In this document: positions 1-14,176 of the stretch, one piece after another
Position numbering within the stretch: the stretch's first letter is position 1
Layout of the letters: every line of letters starts with the position of its first letter
Assembly (NCBI GenBank): GCA_044892525.1
Contig: CM097885.1
Span: forward strand, 13,518,001-13,582,000
DNA length: 64,000 nt
Direction: 5' to 3'
Origin: Schmidtea polychroa
Lineage: Eukaryota
The notes under the pieces: model-generated
The model's input: the letters and a program-made list of their open reading frames with translations, nothing else
Told to the model about the DNA's origin: nothing
Databases searched by the model: none
Made by a program: the position numbers and the translations under genes

Positions 1-228
1 ATAAAGCAATATGACCAAATTTTATTTAACTTTTGTAATAAAATAAATAACTATTTTCTATGAATAATAAGAAAAAAACATTAAATGGATTAATATTTTA
101 TTTTGAAAAATTAAACATTAAAATTTAAAATATATTCTTTAAATTTATAAAAATTGTTTATTTAAAGTAAATTGTAAATAAATAAACTTCCTAAATTATT
201 TGTACATTAAAATATTTATTTTTGAATT

Positions 229-906
229 ATGGCAGAACGCGATAACGATCTTGAATATGAAAATCCAGTTGGATACAAAGCTCCTGAAAAGAAAACTCTT
301 GAAGACATAGTTAAAATGGATCAAGAGGATGAAAGCTTACAAAAATATAAGGCCGCTTTATTGGGAAGTAATCCTTCTGACATTAAACCTCCGTGTAAGT
401 GATTTTATTATTTAGTATATTTTAAAATTTAATTTAGATCCCAATGACAAAAGAAACGTAATTGTTCAAAAATTAGCTATTTGTCCAGTAGGACGACCAG
501 ACATCGAAATTGATTTAATGGGCGATGTCTCCAACCTTACTAAATCACCTATTGTTATAAAAGAAGGAACAAAATACTTTGTTAAAATTTATTTTTTTAT
601 ACAACGAGAATTGGTAAGTGGTCTCAGATACCTAATGGCGTCTTATCGTTTGAAAATTCGAGGTTATTAATTGATTTAGTTATTAATTTAAAATGCAATG
701 AATTTTTAGTCGACAAAGATACGATAATGCTCGGAAGCTATGCTCCTAAAGCCGAAGCACATTCTTATAAAAGCACTGAAGAAGAAGCTCCAACTGGTGC
801 TCTAACAAGAGGAACTTATATCATTAAAAGCAAATTTACAGATGACGATAACAATGATTATTTAAGCTGGAACTGGGCTATAGATATTAAAAAAGATTGG
901 GAATAA
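229..906 (+). CDS. RhoGDI: Rho GDP-dissociation inhibitor, 3 exons (229-394, 438-662, 710-906), 195 aa
   Basis: Manual splice and translation: MAERDNDLEYENPVGYKAPEKKTLEDIVKMDQEDESLQKYKAALLG...IKEGTKY...RELVSGLRY...VDKDTIMLGSYAP...EEAPTGALTRGTYIIKSKFTDDD...WAIDIKKDWE*. GT-AG introns 395-437 and 663-709 keep the frame. Confidence 0.95.
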
Positions 907-2954
907 TTTCATGAATGGAAATTAATTATCTGTTTGCTTAACTTTATAACTTTGCTATATATTTAAATTTTTTTGTAATTAAATGATTTTAAAAGACCGA
1001 GACAACCAAATGGTTTGATAAATTTGAGTATTTTTTTAATGAAATCAAAAAAAATAATTAGTATGACATTATTTTGGTTTTTATTCGTTTGTGTGCATGC
1101 GTGATTATGATAATTATGTCAATTTTAAATACATTTTTATATTGTAATTTTCTTGGCATTAGTAAAATTTAAATAAATTCTTATTTTGGATTTTAATTGA
1201 ATTTTATGTAATTGATAGTGCGTAATTATAAAATTAACATTTTATATGGTTTGTTGATTTTTTCTATTTAATGCTAATTAGGTTGATTTAATTTTTTAGC
1301 ATAAAATTTAAATGTTGAATTGTTTATTAATTAACTTTAACAATTTATTTCTTTTTTTAAACGAAAGATTTAGAATGTAATATTTAAAGTTTAAAAATTT
1401 ACATTGATAAAATTATATTTTTATTATAATCTTTAAAGTTATTAGTAATTTTTTATGTTTTTTTAGGTTATATATAAATGTTAGATAAATAATTTAACCT
1501 AGTGTCAAAATATTTCCATTTATTTGAATATGAAAATTCAACAAATTTCTACATTTTCAAATATCTTTAGTCATGATCTTCAAAGATGATATTGTGTTGT
1601 TTGATTTTTTCATTTAACCATTTCGCTGCTCAAACTGTATGTACTCGTAAAATTGAAATATTGATCATGTGCTGCGTGGTTTTAAGTGGTCCCTGTACAA
1701 CATGATTATTCACGTTAGTTACCCAACAAGCCATGTTTGAAACTGAGGAGGTGGTGTTCGTTTTTAGTATAGTAAAACAAATTTTATGCATATTTACACG
1801 AAAAACATATTTGTAAATAGGGAAATATGTGCACATATCTAGTACGAAAGCGTACCATGCAGTGATAGGGTTATATATTAATGGTCTACCCTAGTTGCCT
1901 TTTCAATGCAGCATACTTACATAAATTGCGATCGTCAAGTAAATTATGTAAAGTTTACGACAGAAATAATTTATTTAGTACCTTATCAATGAATTATCAC
2001 AAACGTACTATTGGTCGTTTACGTACGTGGAGATTCTTTCACTTCTGGATGTTTATCTGTTCAACACTTTCGTTATATAACAGCCACCGTGCATATTTAT
2101 TTTAGTCGGCCTAAAGTGAGTTCAACAATAGGAACTGCCATTTTTTCTTGTCCTTTCGTCGTTTTACATTTCACTTCATTTTCTAGTTGTTGCCATGGAC
2201 TTGTATGTGACGAGATTCAAAGATTCTTTCGGTAGAAACATCGGCGATTATAATAGAGTTACACAGATATTGATTTATAGAGTCGCTATTAATTTATAAT
2301 CAGTACATTTTTATGGTTTTAATTGTTCCAAGATTATAAATCTCTTGACTTCAAGATGTCTATCTTTCAAAACTTCCAACTCCTGCGTCCATGTTGATCC
2401 CGGAACGAAGCTGGATAATCTTCTGTGTCTGGTCTCGGATCGTGATCTTGAGATCGCATATGATTTCTTTATCCTTGACCGGAGGGTTCTCAAGAAATAA
2501 ATTTTTATAAAATGTAGGTTGAAAATTTAAATAAAATTTAGGTTGAATGAAAAGGCAAATAAAAGCGAAATCATGCACAAAATTGATAGTAAAGAAAAGT
2601 ATGATAGAAACAGTATTAGGAAATGGCAAAAGCAGTAGCGAAAGGCAAGAATCCGGAAAATCGTTAATTAATTAATTAATTAATTGGCTAATAGAAAATC
2701 CGAGAAATGAAGGAAACCCGAGCTCGATTAACATGAAAGGTAAACAAAATGAGAATCTCGGAAGGCCATTATTATGACAGCATGATTAATGGAGACAAAG
2801 AAGTAGGACTATTACAAAGGAGTAGCAAAGGGAGCCAATTAATCACGATATGGTTCAAACAACATTCAAGGAGCCGGTTGTCAAACAATTGTCAGATAGG
2901 AGCAATCCGGTCAAAAACCAATTAATCAAAGTGACTATTCTAGTTTGCTTTCAT

Positions 2955-2993
2955 ACTTTGCTTTTATACTAGAATCTAGTATAAAAGCAAAGT
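2955..2993. repeat. Perfect inverted repeat, 19-bp arms with 1-nt loop
   Basis: actttgcttttatactaga-a-tctagtataaaagcaaagt. Confidence 0.9.
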
Positions 2994-5900
2994 CGAAATC
3001 CAAAATAATCGGCATTTTGCCACAGCTTGGGTTAGAAGAAAACTAGTTTAGGAAACAAGAGAAAGATGAATTAGGAAGTTTGAGGAGAAGGAAATATAGA
3101 ATCAGGAGATACGTAAAAAGTGGAAAGGGATCAAATCAAATAGAAAAGGAAAACGTTGGTCAAGAGAAGCTAGGGAATAAAAAGGTGAAGCATCAACACC
3201 GAGCGGAGAATTGGTCAAACTTGTAAAACTCTGGTTATTGATTATTTATTGTCGAGAGAAATATATTTTTATGATTCAAATATACGTTGGGTAGTTTATT
3301 GTTTTGATTAAAAGGACACGTGAATTCAGAGATTACCGATTTGAATTAGTGAAAACCCAACAAATTGTTATCTGTTCCTATTTCTCCTCTTGAAGCCAAT
3401 ATATTTTTATTGGTTTTGTTGGACCAAGAAGGAAAAGAATCTCCTTTCTTATCTAATTTCTTTTTATTGTTCTTAATTGAGCATAGACGTTATATTTCTT
3501 AAATAGGAATTTCCGCATTGGAAGACGTAATTAAAAATATTGTAACAAAAAATAGGAAACAAACAATTAAATTAGGAAGGGGTAATAAGTAAAATTAAAA
3601 TTAACCTTAAAGGATTAAAAATAAATGCAATTTGAGCAAGTAAATCAGGAAAATGCACCAAGATAAACACTCTCTAACCAAGATTAAAACGAAATAAAGT
3701 AGATTAAGGCAAAAATATTTAATTTAATTAAACTAATAAATAAAAAACAGGAAAATACAAGAATTAAAGCCAGATTTGAAAACAAAACAGAAATTCTACC
3801 AAATTACACTCATACTTAATCCTGATTGGGCGAAGCACCAGTAAAAATAATATAAATAAGGCCATGATAATTACATTTTCCAATGCCATTTTTAAATCTT
3901 ATCGGTTTGTTAGGTAAACCTTATTTATAGCCAATGGAATTCAATTCATCAATTTGTAAACCATATTTAAGAATTTTTTGATCGGGAATTTTATCAATAA
4001 GAAGTCAATGTAAAATTTATATTTGTATTTAGTAATTCTTTTTGAAGTATGGAAATAATAATAATTGTATATGTATTATAAAAATTAAACATTCAATAAT
4101 TTAAGAGCGTTTTCTTTTTCCTCAACTATTATAGATAACCATTTTGATTTTTATGATTGATTTTTTTTGGAATGTCGCTGGATTTGACGGTGTTTATGAG
4201 GTGTTGGCGCTATACGATGATGCCGGATCGGATGCTTGATAGTTCTTGATATTGGTTTAAAGAAGCTTTAATAGGCTTATAGATTTTGGAACAAAGGGCC
4301 CTTGGAAAAGGGCCCCCTGTCTGCATGAGCCACTAGGCATTGGCTACTTTTGCCATATGGTAGCTACGCCACTCGACTTATCCTTCATCACATTTCCCTC
4401 TTGTTGGAGGATTTACAAATTTTTGCATTTTTGTCATTTTTATGTAGTGAAGCTCGGGATGAAAAATTATTCTCTATAGTGGACTTTGAAATTGCTTACG
4501 TGCCATTCGATACTCTCATGGTTTCCATCTAGACGATCTTGACAATATTTTACCCGCCGTTGAGGGGTTTTTACAACTCTTATGTTATATAGCGTATTGA
4601 AAATTTGATTTGTTTTATCCCATATGGTAAAACATAATTTTCAAATTTTTAGTGTAAATAAAATGTGTCGTGGGTTCTTCTTAATTGTTCAATAAATAAC
4701 CAGTCGAATAATAATGATTACAATTTTCTAGATCATATCACATTACCATATATATATATTATTATTATATTATATTATAATATATCGTACGTATTTATAT
4801 TATATTATATTATCTTGTTTTATATTAATATTATTCTTTATGTTACACTATACTACCCTTGGCTTGACGTTGTTTTCGATTTTTCTTAAGTCGTGATGCG
4901 CTAAAGGCTCGATGATGTTTGGGTTCGAGGCCTCATTAAAGAATGCGATAAATATTTTAAAGTGGTACAAATGCCTACTTCAAGACAAGAAGTGATATAC
5001 AAGAGTTGACCAAACTATCAAATGCTATAAGGAAAGATTGCGGAAGGCATTCATCAAGAAAACAAGTTTGGCAGAGGATTTACAATATGCTAATTTTCAG
5101 TAATATTATCTCTATTTAATGTGATTTATTTTTCAAAAATAATTGTTTGAGAAAGATAATGGATTAAATGTGAAAAGTATAATCATATTGGGATTGACTA
5201 ATTATGTTACCAGTGATCATATAATATATTAGTCAGTTCTTGAATATTATATTACAAACATTGCCAAATTTTTATTTCTCTTTCCTGGATTTTACAAGCA
5301 TTTATTCAGTTTGATCTGTCTGTTACATTCATATATTGTGATTTAATTTTCACCTGATTCAAACAACTTTTAAATTTGCATGATTATGTTGGGCTAGAAC
5401 TGAAGCGTAGACAAAAAGTTTTATCCAAATCCGGATGGTGCATATATGGGGCACTTGTCAAACTGTGTTTTAATTTAACAAAAGCTCCATCATATTTAGT
5501 TTTCCTTTCAATACTTTTGTTCTGCCACCCAGAAAAGGTGCCAATCGTTTAGCGTTCTTTGAATCATTTTGAATAAATTTTGAATAAAGAAACTACAAAA
5601 ATGTTTTAATAATTAGGCTTTTTCACGCTTTTATTTGTTTCAGTCTAAATGCCGTTGTCATTAATTATGTGAACAAGAAACCTTAATTGAGATACTACAA
5701 ACTTTTATTTTTCAAAGTTAACTTTAAGTTCAAATTTTCTAACTCGAAATAAATTGATAAATTATTTTCTTGTGTGTAAATCTTTCTTGATAATATCAGG
5801 ATGTCATGTCTTCAATTATCAATGTCATGCGTCTTTGAGACTTTGATGGTGCAACAGGTATTCCAAAAGGAATCCTATTAAAGCAAAACTGACCATTTCT

Positions 5901-7086
5901 CGAAGAAAATGCCATCTTCAATTTACTTCCTCATCCAATTGAACTTGGTTAAAAAAATTTCCTAAATCTATTAATGAAAATTATTCGGTCCCATTCAGAG
6001 AATTTAGAATATCGTCAATACTAGAATTCGGAAAAGCTGCTATAACCAAATTTGAAAACGGGCCCTATTTTTAAAGTCGATTTGACCTACATAAAAACTG
6101 AGAAATTTCGTGAAAAAATCATCAGCACGATGGGTATATGAGATATCGAAACTCTATCAGTGTACTTCTACAGCATTTTTTGTTAAAACTTAATTTTCAA
6201 TTTATTATTTTCGAACGAATTTATGAAGAGGTAGTAATCAGAAAGAAATTGAGAAACATTCCCATAAATTGTCCATAGAAGCTTCAAAGGAAGACTTTAT
6301 TCCGATATAGATCAATTTTAAATATATTATTAAATTTTAAAATTATTGTTAAAAATATATTAATTTAACTACTTTCAACATATAGTAGTAGTTATATTTA
6401 TTATTATTTATATAGTTTTTAAAACACAAATCCGAGGCAGGCATAGCCAAGTGGTTACTTCTCAATGGAAAATGGATTTCTAATCATTTGACCATTGGCG
6501 CGATCCTGCCTTTTACAATTTTTTTAAATAAATTATTTTTAATCTAAAAAATGATTTTTTTATATTTTTGTATTAAAATTATTATCAAATAATTTTGTAT
6601 AAAATGTGCAATTCAATAAAAAATAGCAGCGGTTCAATATTACATCGATATATATTTTTTAAAAATTTTTTTCTTTTTAAATAATTAAGTTTGATTTTTA
6701 AAATATACAAATAATTTGCAAATGTTAATTATTAATTTATTATATAATTTATTATATTAATTAATTTATTAATAATAGACCTACTGTTATCGGCATGTGT
6801 ATTTGATGATGCCTTATATGGGTAGGTAAATTCGCTTCAAAGTCTGCGTATATTACAAAAGGAGGGGTAATAACTTCGAGTGATCTCGAAATATTAAATT
6901 TATATTTTTTGGGAGCATGTATCGGGTTGTTCCTGTTTGATCTTTTATGTACAATGCAACATGCGCGTCAAATGTCTTATCTAGTCTTAGACCATGGGGA
7001 CACCAGTTAACTTTTATTCTGGTGTTGCGATCTCTATTAGAATGGCAGTTCATTAGTTTCTTTAAATTAAAAATGATGTAAAAGAT

Positions 7087-8712
7087 TTGATTGGATATTT
7101 AACAATTTCTACAATTTCTACAAACGAGGATTTGCTTGAACGCCGACATTTAGATTCGAAACATAAGGATTATGTAAACAAACCGGTTGAATATTTTAAA
7201 ATGAAATTACATGAACTACAAGCAAGCCAAAAATTGATTAAAAAAACCATCACAAGAAGTAATAATGAACAAGTGGTACATCATTTCAAGTGTCTCTCCT
7301 AGTAGCCAAATCTGGAAAACCCCACACTATCGCTGAAAATTTAATTCTTCCAGCCGCTAAAGCAATAGTCTCAACAATGATAGGAAGCAAAGCTGCCCAA
7401 GACCTTAATTTAATCCCGCTTTCAAACGACACAATTAAAAATAGAATCAGTGAGATGTTCCAAAATATTAAGGACCAATTGATTGAACGGGTTTTGAAGA
7501 GTCAATTTTACTCATTGCAACCGGATGAAACTACAGATATTGCGAGCAAACCAAATTTGCTATTATTCATTCGATAAAAATTTAGCGGTAAGATTTATGA
7601 AGATTTTTTGTTTTGCAAGTTGCTTCCAACACGGACAACTGGGGCTGAAATATTTCGCTGCTTGAACAACTTTATAACAAACAATAAAATGGAGTGGTCA
7701 AAATGTATTGGAATGAGCACTGACGGCGCTCGAGCTATGAGTGGAACAATTCAGGGTCTTATGAATTTTGTTAAAACTGTAGAATCTAATGTAGTTTGGA
7801 CAGATTGTTGAAGACATCGCGAAGCACTTGCCGCAAAGAAAATGCCAGATATTTATAAACTACTTTAAATGAAATTGTATCTGTGGTAAATTTTATTAAA
7901 GCGCGTCCAATAAATCATCGCCTTTTTCAAGTTTTATGCGAAGAAATGGGGAGTCAGCATAAAAATCTTCTTCTTCATGCAGAAGTACGCTGGTTGTCTC
8001 GTGGAAAGGTAATAAATAGAATTTTTGAACTGCAAGATGAAGTACAATTAATTTTGATGGAGAATGATAATTTCTATTTAAAAGATCGTTTTTCGACTTT
8101 TCCTGGTTAGCTAAGGTGGGTTATTTGGCTTTATTTGGTAGAATCAGTTTACAAGGTACTTCAATAAATATTTTTAAAGTAGAAGATAAAATAAAAGCAA
8201 TAATGAAAAAAATGGATTTGTGGATAAGCAGATTAACAAAAGGAATTATTGAATCCTTTCCAACACTTCATGAATTTGTAGAAAGTTCTGATAACAAACT
8301 GTCTGTCGAAGAAATTCAGATTTTAATTGAACGTATAAAAATGTTAAAAGAATCTTTTAGAAATTATTTTCCTTCTACCACATCAGACCATGAATGGGTT
8401 CGAGATCCATTTTGTTGCAAAAATATCGAAGTACAAAATTTGACAATTTCAGAGCAAGATGAACTTGCAGAATTATCCTGTGACAGCTCCTACAGGTTGG
8501 TTTTTAATGAGCATACTGTTGAAGAGTTTTGAAGAGTATTTCCATTTTGTACAACGTATTTATGTGAAAGAGCTTTCTCGATGCTATTATACAGAAAGAT
8601 TAAATATCGAAATCGGTTGGATGTTGAACCAGAATTAAGGATAAACATATCAAATATAGATCCTAATATTGCAATTCTAGTGTCACAAAAGCAACACGAT
8701 CCTTCACATGGT
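7087..8712 (+). pseudogene. Decayed hAT transposase (Buster/ZBED5/SCAND3-like)
   Basis: Successive frameshifted ORFs with IPLSNDTIKNRI, FYSLQPDETTD, STDGARAM, HREAL, HAEVRWLSRG and C-terminal TTYLCERAFS. Several stops and frameshifts; no TIRs recognised. Confidence 0.9.
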
Positions 8713-9219
8713 AAAAATTAAATATACATAATTTTATATGTTATATCCAAATATTTTATTACTTTATTTTATTTGTTATTTATATATTGTGTTGCATCTC
8801 AGTGAATTATAAAAGTACAGTAGATAAAAGTACAGTAGACCTCTAATGACAATCTATTTTTAAGAGAAACTTGGATGCATTATTAGAAGTTGATTTGCGA
8901 CAAAAATTTTTACTGGTAATAAATTCAAGTTTATCGTCTTTAAGACAGGCGACGATGTGAAAAGAAGAACCATTTTGAAGTTAATTTGATCCGATGAGGT
9001 CGAGTAAGTGACAACGGAGGAAATTTACGGATGCTTGTTTACCGATTTGTTGGACACATTTTCAAAGTCATTAAAGAGGATTGAATCACAGCGGCGAAAT
9101 ATGCATAGCCAAGATTACCCGCAGTAGGGTATTGGAAAATATTCCTGGCTCATAGTACACTGTTGGCTTTCGAACATATAATTCTCAACAATTTCCAATT
9201 TCGATGAATGAAAAGCAAC

Positions 9220-9775
9220 GTTCCATTTTTTTGTTGTATTGTGTAAAGAAAATGATGAAGAATTCGATCGACTTATCTTACATACAGAAGTAAGATGGCT
9301 ATCGAAAGGAAATTTTTTAAAAAGATTTTATTCACTATTTGATACAATTGTGGAGTTTTTGGATCCAAACAATGAAGGCATAAAAATAAAATTATTACGA
9401 AATGATGTGACCTATCTCTCGGATATATTCAGAAAGTTGAATGAAAATCTCCTGAAGTTTCAAGGAAACAATATTAGCCTTGTTAAAGCCAAAGGAGTTG
9501 TACTGAATTTTATCAACAAACTCAAATTATATAAAAATAATCTTTGTCTGCGAGAACTCCATCAGGTTCCTTCTTTACAACAATTAAAACAAGCTCAAGT
9601 ATTCTGATTTGGAAACATACTGTAGCCACATTGACGCCCTTATTGAAGATATGATAATACGATTCAAAGACTTGCATGAACTTTCTATACTGGATTGGAT
9701 AATTAATTCATTTTTATCAGATGTAGAAAGTGTCAGTCAAAATTTAAAAGAGCAGTTTATTGATATACAAAATTT
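9220..9775 (+). pseudogene. Second hAT transposase fragment (different subfamily)
   Basis: LILHTEVRWLSKGNFLKRF...YLSDIFRKLNE; degenerate continuation to ~9775. Confidence 0.85.
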
Positions 9776-10256
9776 TCTCTAAATTGTTCCATTAATACTC
9801 TGACTGCTTCCGATGTCCTTCCTTTTTTTATACCTCGTCACTTTGTGGCACTTCAGTTTATCTTTAATTTCCCATCTTTTTCTCCAACATAATTTCACAA
9901 TTTTTACCTGCAATCTTTAATATTTTCAAATATTCTAATGTTTTTATATTTTATTTTGAGTGCGTATAATGATGGGTATGAGTGTTATGTGTTGAAGCAC
10001 TCCGACACAATCTTAACTTTGGGTCTAAAAATCAGTTTTTGCCCAACAATAATAATTATTATTAATTCATAAAAATTTATCTATATCAATAATGTTCATA
10101 AATATATTCAAACAATCCATCAATTCTTATTACTTCTCAGTGGGTCCAATTCTGTGTTACGGAACTAAAAAGCCATAATAAATTTGCATGAATTTTTCAT
10201 TATGTGTTTTGTGTTGGTATGTTCAATTATTTTTCTCTCACCTTCACAAATCCTAT

Positions 10257-11449
10257 AATAAAGTTATTAAATTTCGGAACAATAAATTTCTACACACAGG
10301 TAAGTTTGTGTGTTCCTATACTATAAATTTATTGATTTTTTTAGATTATAGAAGTTACTAAATTTCGGAATTAGGTGTACAACGCAGAATGAGCATGCAT
10401 GCAAATGAAGAACGTTAAAAGTCTCTATAATACACGTTGGTGTGTTCATCAGTCGATGACTCACCATTTTTGAGAATGTGAAGTTATTTACTTCATTTCA
10501 TTTATTCAATTTTACAAGTAAGTTTTTTTAATTTAAGTAACTTTTAAGGTTTGAATTTTGATTTTATAAAATTATGAGATCATTATTCAAGCTCTTAAAT
10601 ATTACTTGTAGTCAACATTTTGATTATAAATTATTTTTTAATTAATTTTCAGGGCTTTTTTTAGGATGTTTATGACTATTAATTTATTTGGAATTATTTC
10701 GATAAAATGTAAGTTAGTTATATTTTTAACTTTAAATAAATAAAGATATCACCAAGCACATTTATTTTTAAGACATTTAAGAAAGAAGCGAAATAATTTT
10801 TTAAGTTTTTGTAATCTTCTTTCTCCAGCTCATTTATATTGCGAATTTTGTCATTTTATGTAGTACTATGAAATTATTATTTTTTATACAAGTTATTAAA
10901 ATTTACGATTTTCGAATTCTTTTCTGCAAATGTCGATGGACCTTGTTGAATATTAGAAATACTACCTTCACACAAAGTCGTTTGGCAAGAAATATCTGAT
11001 ATACTTTAAAATATTTTAATTATTATTAATTAAATGAAAAAATTCTTACATTATCAAATCATCACCTTCTCAAAAAGATAGCGTTTCCAGAGAAATATCT
11101 AAAAATCAAAAAAAATAATAACTTCAAAAAATAGAGTTCTCCGATTGAAAATCCAAAATTTTTTCCGCCATGAATTTTAATATATTAAAAATAATGATAT
11201 GTAAACAATATGTTAATTACTTTTAACTTTCGGAATAAAAAAGCTATATTAATTTTGCGTGTATTTTATATTATGTGTGCTTGTTTGTATGTAAAATTAT
11301 ATTTCTGTCACTTTCTCAATTCTTATAATAAAACTTTTAACTTTCGGAAATTTAAATTTTTGCACACAGGTAAGTTTGTGTGTTTCTATATTGTAATTTT
11401 ATCGATTTTTTTAGATTATAGAAACTTTTAACTTTCGGAATTAAGTGTA
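10257..11449 (+). repeat. Diverged ~120-bp direct repeat pair (about 10257-10378 and 11328-11449)
   Basis: Shared tttcggaa...cacacaggtaagtttgtgtg...gatttttttagattatagaa...tttcggaatta(a/g)gtgta. Confidence 0.7.
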
Positions 11450-12645
11450 ATTACTTTGTCAACTAGCAATACCTGTCAAGTCAAATTTTGTGTATGTTAA
11501 AATTAAAAAATCATTATTTTACAGCAACTCGGGTACCGAAACCCTGCTTTAGATCATTTAGAAAATCATAAGATTTGCAACGAAAACGTGTTATATATTT
11601 ACTAAAATTATTTACAGCAAAAAGAGAAATATAATGTAACCATTTCTTTTTTATATTCTCTATTTCTATTCTGAAAATATTCTTTTTTTATTAGATATTT
11701 AAATAAATTCATGAAAATAGATTTTTCACAATAAATAAAATTTTAAATAGTATTATCGAATTATTTTTCAGAAATTATTTTGTTTTAATATTAATTTTAA
11801 CTTCCATTTTATTATCAATTTAGAGTTTATGAAGGGCAGAATTATTTTTTATTTTAATTGTTTCGAAACTTTGGATTAGAATTTTCAATGCTATGGTAAG
11901 ATTGATTCTATTTTATTTAATTATGATAACTTTCAATTAAATAAGAATATTCATTACTTAAACAGTTTTTTTAAATGATCTAAACGAAACTAAAGTTTTA
12001 GATTCTATATTGGAAAACTAAGGAAAATGATAAAATTCATAATTCAGTTACTGAACAACTAAACACGTTTGAATATTTCTTTCATAATAAATGTCTTGCT
12101 TTAGAAGTTACATTAGTTAAAATTTTGTGACAATAACATTTTAAAATTATATCCTTTTTGTCGTATTTTATTTATTAATGTTAATTAATTAATCAGAACT
12201 TTCTAGAACTTAGGTGAAAATCCTATCAAACTAAAAATAAATGATCATTTGAAATCCGACGCTAATACATTACATCATAACGTTTTTTTGTAGTGTTGTT
12301 TCACAATTTCCTTCATATTGTCGATTTATTTGATATTTAATTTGACATTGAGGAAAATCGATTCGATGGGAGTTTCAATTTTATTTAGACTTCTAAATTG
12401 TCAATTTAAACTAATTTTACTAAATCATTATTTATATATGATATTAAATTAGGATTAGTCAAATCTTATAATGAAAATTCACAAAATGGAAAAAAAAATT
12501 CATTGAAATTCACTCAGAAATTGAAATTCCTATAAAAAACAATTATATTTATATTTTAATGTTATACAATTGTTTATGTATAAGTGTGTTATATAAGAGA
12601 TTCTTGAGAGCCCAGTCAAACGTGTTTCGGGGCTGCTGGGCTGTA

Positions 12646-12969
12646 ATTAATTCCAGCTTTGAATTGATTGAAAAAGTCCAAAATAGCTTGAGTTGATTGC
12701 AATTGATATTGGAATAATTTCTGAAATTTCTTCATACCAATTGCATTATTACACAATACATCTGCAGTCATTAATTGAACTTCAGTGTGCATATCTTGTT
12801 GATGCATTGCGTCAGGCGATTGCGTCATCTTGTTCATTTGATATTCTTGATAGATTTCGTATGATTGTATTAGAAATTGCTTCCATTGCGCCACTGAGAC
12901 TCTAAAGAAATCCACTCACTTCACTTTATCTACATTGGCATTTAAAAAATTGTCAATTTGACTCTTGTC
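12646..12969 (-). mobile_element. Orphan 5' junction of the tRNA-targeting element: ORF1 N-terminus, tRNA-Arg nt 1-19 (12882-12900) and array upstream spacer
   Basis: Translates to MNKMTQSPDAMHQQDMHTEVQL..., homologous to ORF1 at 63407. Followed on + by tccattgcgccactgagactctaaagaaatcc...actcttgtc, identical to the array unit. Confidence 0.9.
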
Positions 12970-13260
12970 TAAATTCATATTTTCATTAGCTTTATTATCT
13001 TTAAATTGAAGAGAATTTTTATTTAACGAAAATTTATCAAAATCTATATTAAAATCCTTATTAACATCAATATTTATATTTTTATCAAAATATGAATTAT
13101 TAATATTAGAATTATCTAAATTTGTAATTTCATTACTTTTTTTATCTTTAAATTGCAAAGAATTTTTATTTAAAGAAAATTTATCAAAATTATTATAATT
13201 ATAAGAGAAATCAAAATTCAAAGATAAAAATTCTAACCTTTCGAGCATCTTTGAAAACAT
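12970..13260 (-). pseudogene. Diverged ORF1 fragment of the same retroelement family
   Basis: MFSKMLERLEFLSLNF...FDKFSLNKNSLQFKD matches ORF1 FSKMLERLECLSLNF...FDKFSLNKD; internal duplication present. Confidence 0.85.
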
Positions 13261-13459
13261 TTTCTGAATTTTCTGAATTTCTTGTTTTCTCTTTGTGGTG
13301 GTAGAGAATGTCGTCTCTGGTTACCTACGTTTTACAGGATCCTTGGGTAATGTATCCGATGAAGTTTTCTTTTTAAATCAAAGAGACTAATGCTGGAGTC
13401 AGAGATCCTCCTGTTTTTTTCTTCGGTCAACTGGGTAATAAATAAGTGAAAATGCAAAT

Positions 13460-13711
13460 AAGTGATTTTTTTGCAATAAACAAATAGGATCCAATGTGAA
13501 ATATTAATGTCAATGTCAGAATTGGTTATAGTTTAAGGAATTGAAACAATTTCTTCTGTAATATTCGAGGAAAGAATATTGACTAGAAAGTATTTGAGGT
13601 ATCCATGCATCGGATTGTCTATATGCCAGTCAATATCGCTGTCCGTAAACCACATTTCAAGATCACGATCATCAATTGTGATGTTAGTAGCTTTTAATGT
13701 GGTCTCTGCAT
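13460..13711 (-). pseudogene. Diverged Ulp1-like protease fragment of the same retroelement family
   Basis: Manual translation ITIDDRDLEMWFTDSDIDW..HIDNPMHGYLKYFLVNILSSNITEEIVSIP*..INISHWILFVYCKK aligns to ORF2 LTIDDFDSEMWFSDNDIDW..HIDNPMHGYIKCF..NSHWILFVYCKK; stop and deletions present. Confidence 0.88.
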
Positions 13712-14176
13712 AGAATAATAAATAAATACAATAATAATAATAAATACAATAATAATAATAATAAATAAAATAAAACCGAGAGCAAAAAAAGGTTATCCAA
13801 ACAATTTGAAAAATGAATTTTCAGTCGGTATTAATACTAATTTGTGATGTTCTCCCACGTGTTTATCATTGAGTTATTATCATCATTAAAGTTAGATATT
13901 TTATTTTCATTTACAAAAATATTATTTAAATCTGATAAACTATGATAAAATTCAAAAAGAAACACTCTAAACTTTGTTCAATTTTCACAATAGAATTCAA
14001 ATGAGTCTAAACGTCGTAGGATTGAAGTATAACCTTAGAAACACCAATTTTCAGTCGTTATTTATACTGATTTGTGATGTCCTCCCACGTATTTGCTGCC
14101 ATTCTGTGAAATCAGAGAGAAAATTCAGAGCTGCAGCGCACACTTACTCTAGTGCTGCACGATTAGTTTAATTTAG

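Noticed and set aside
2513..3362. Possible solo LTR (TGT..ACA, purine-rich)
   Set aside because: No target duplication, PBS, PPT or internal domain could be identified.
10600..11171. Possible spliced minus-strand gene starting MAEKILDFQSENSIF
   Set aside because: Intron-like GT..AG segments are present, but there is an early in-frame stop and no recognisable homology; I could not build a model.
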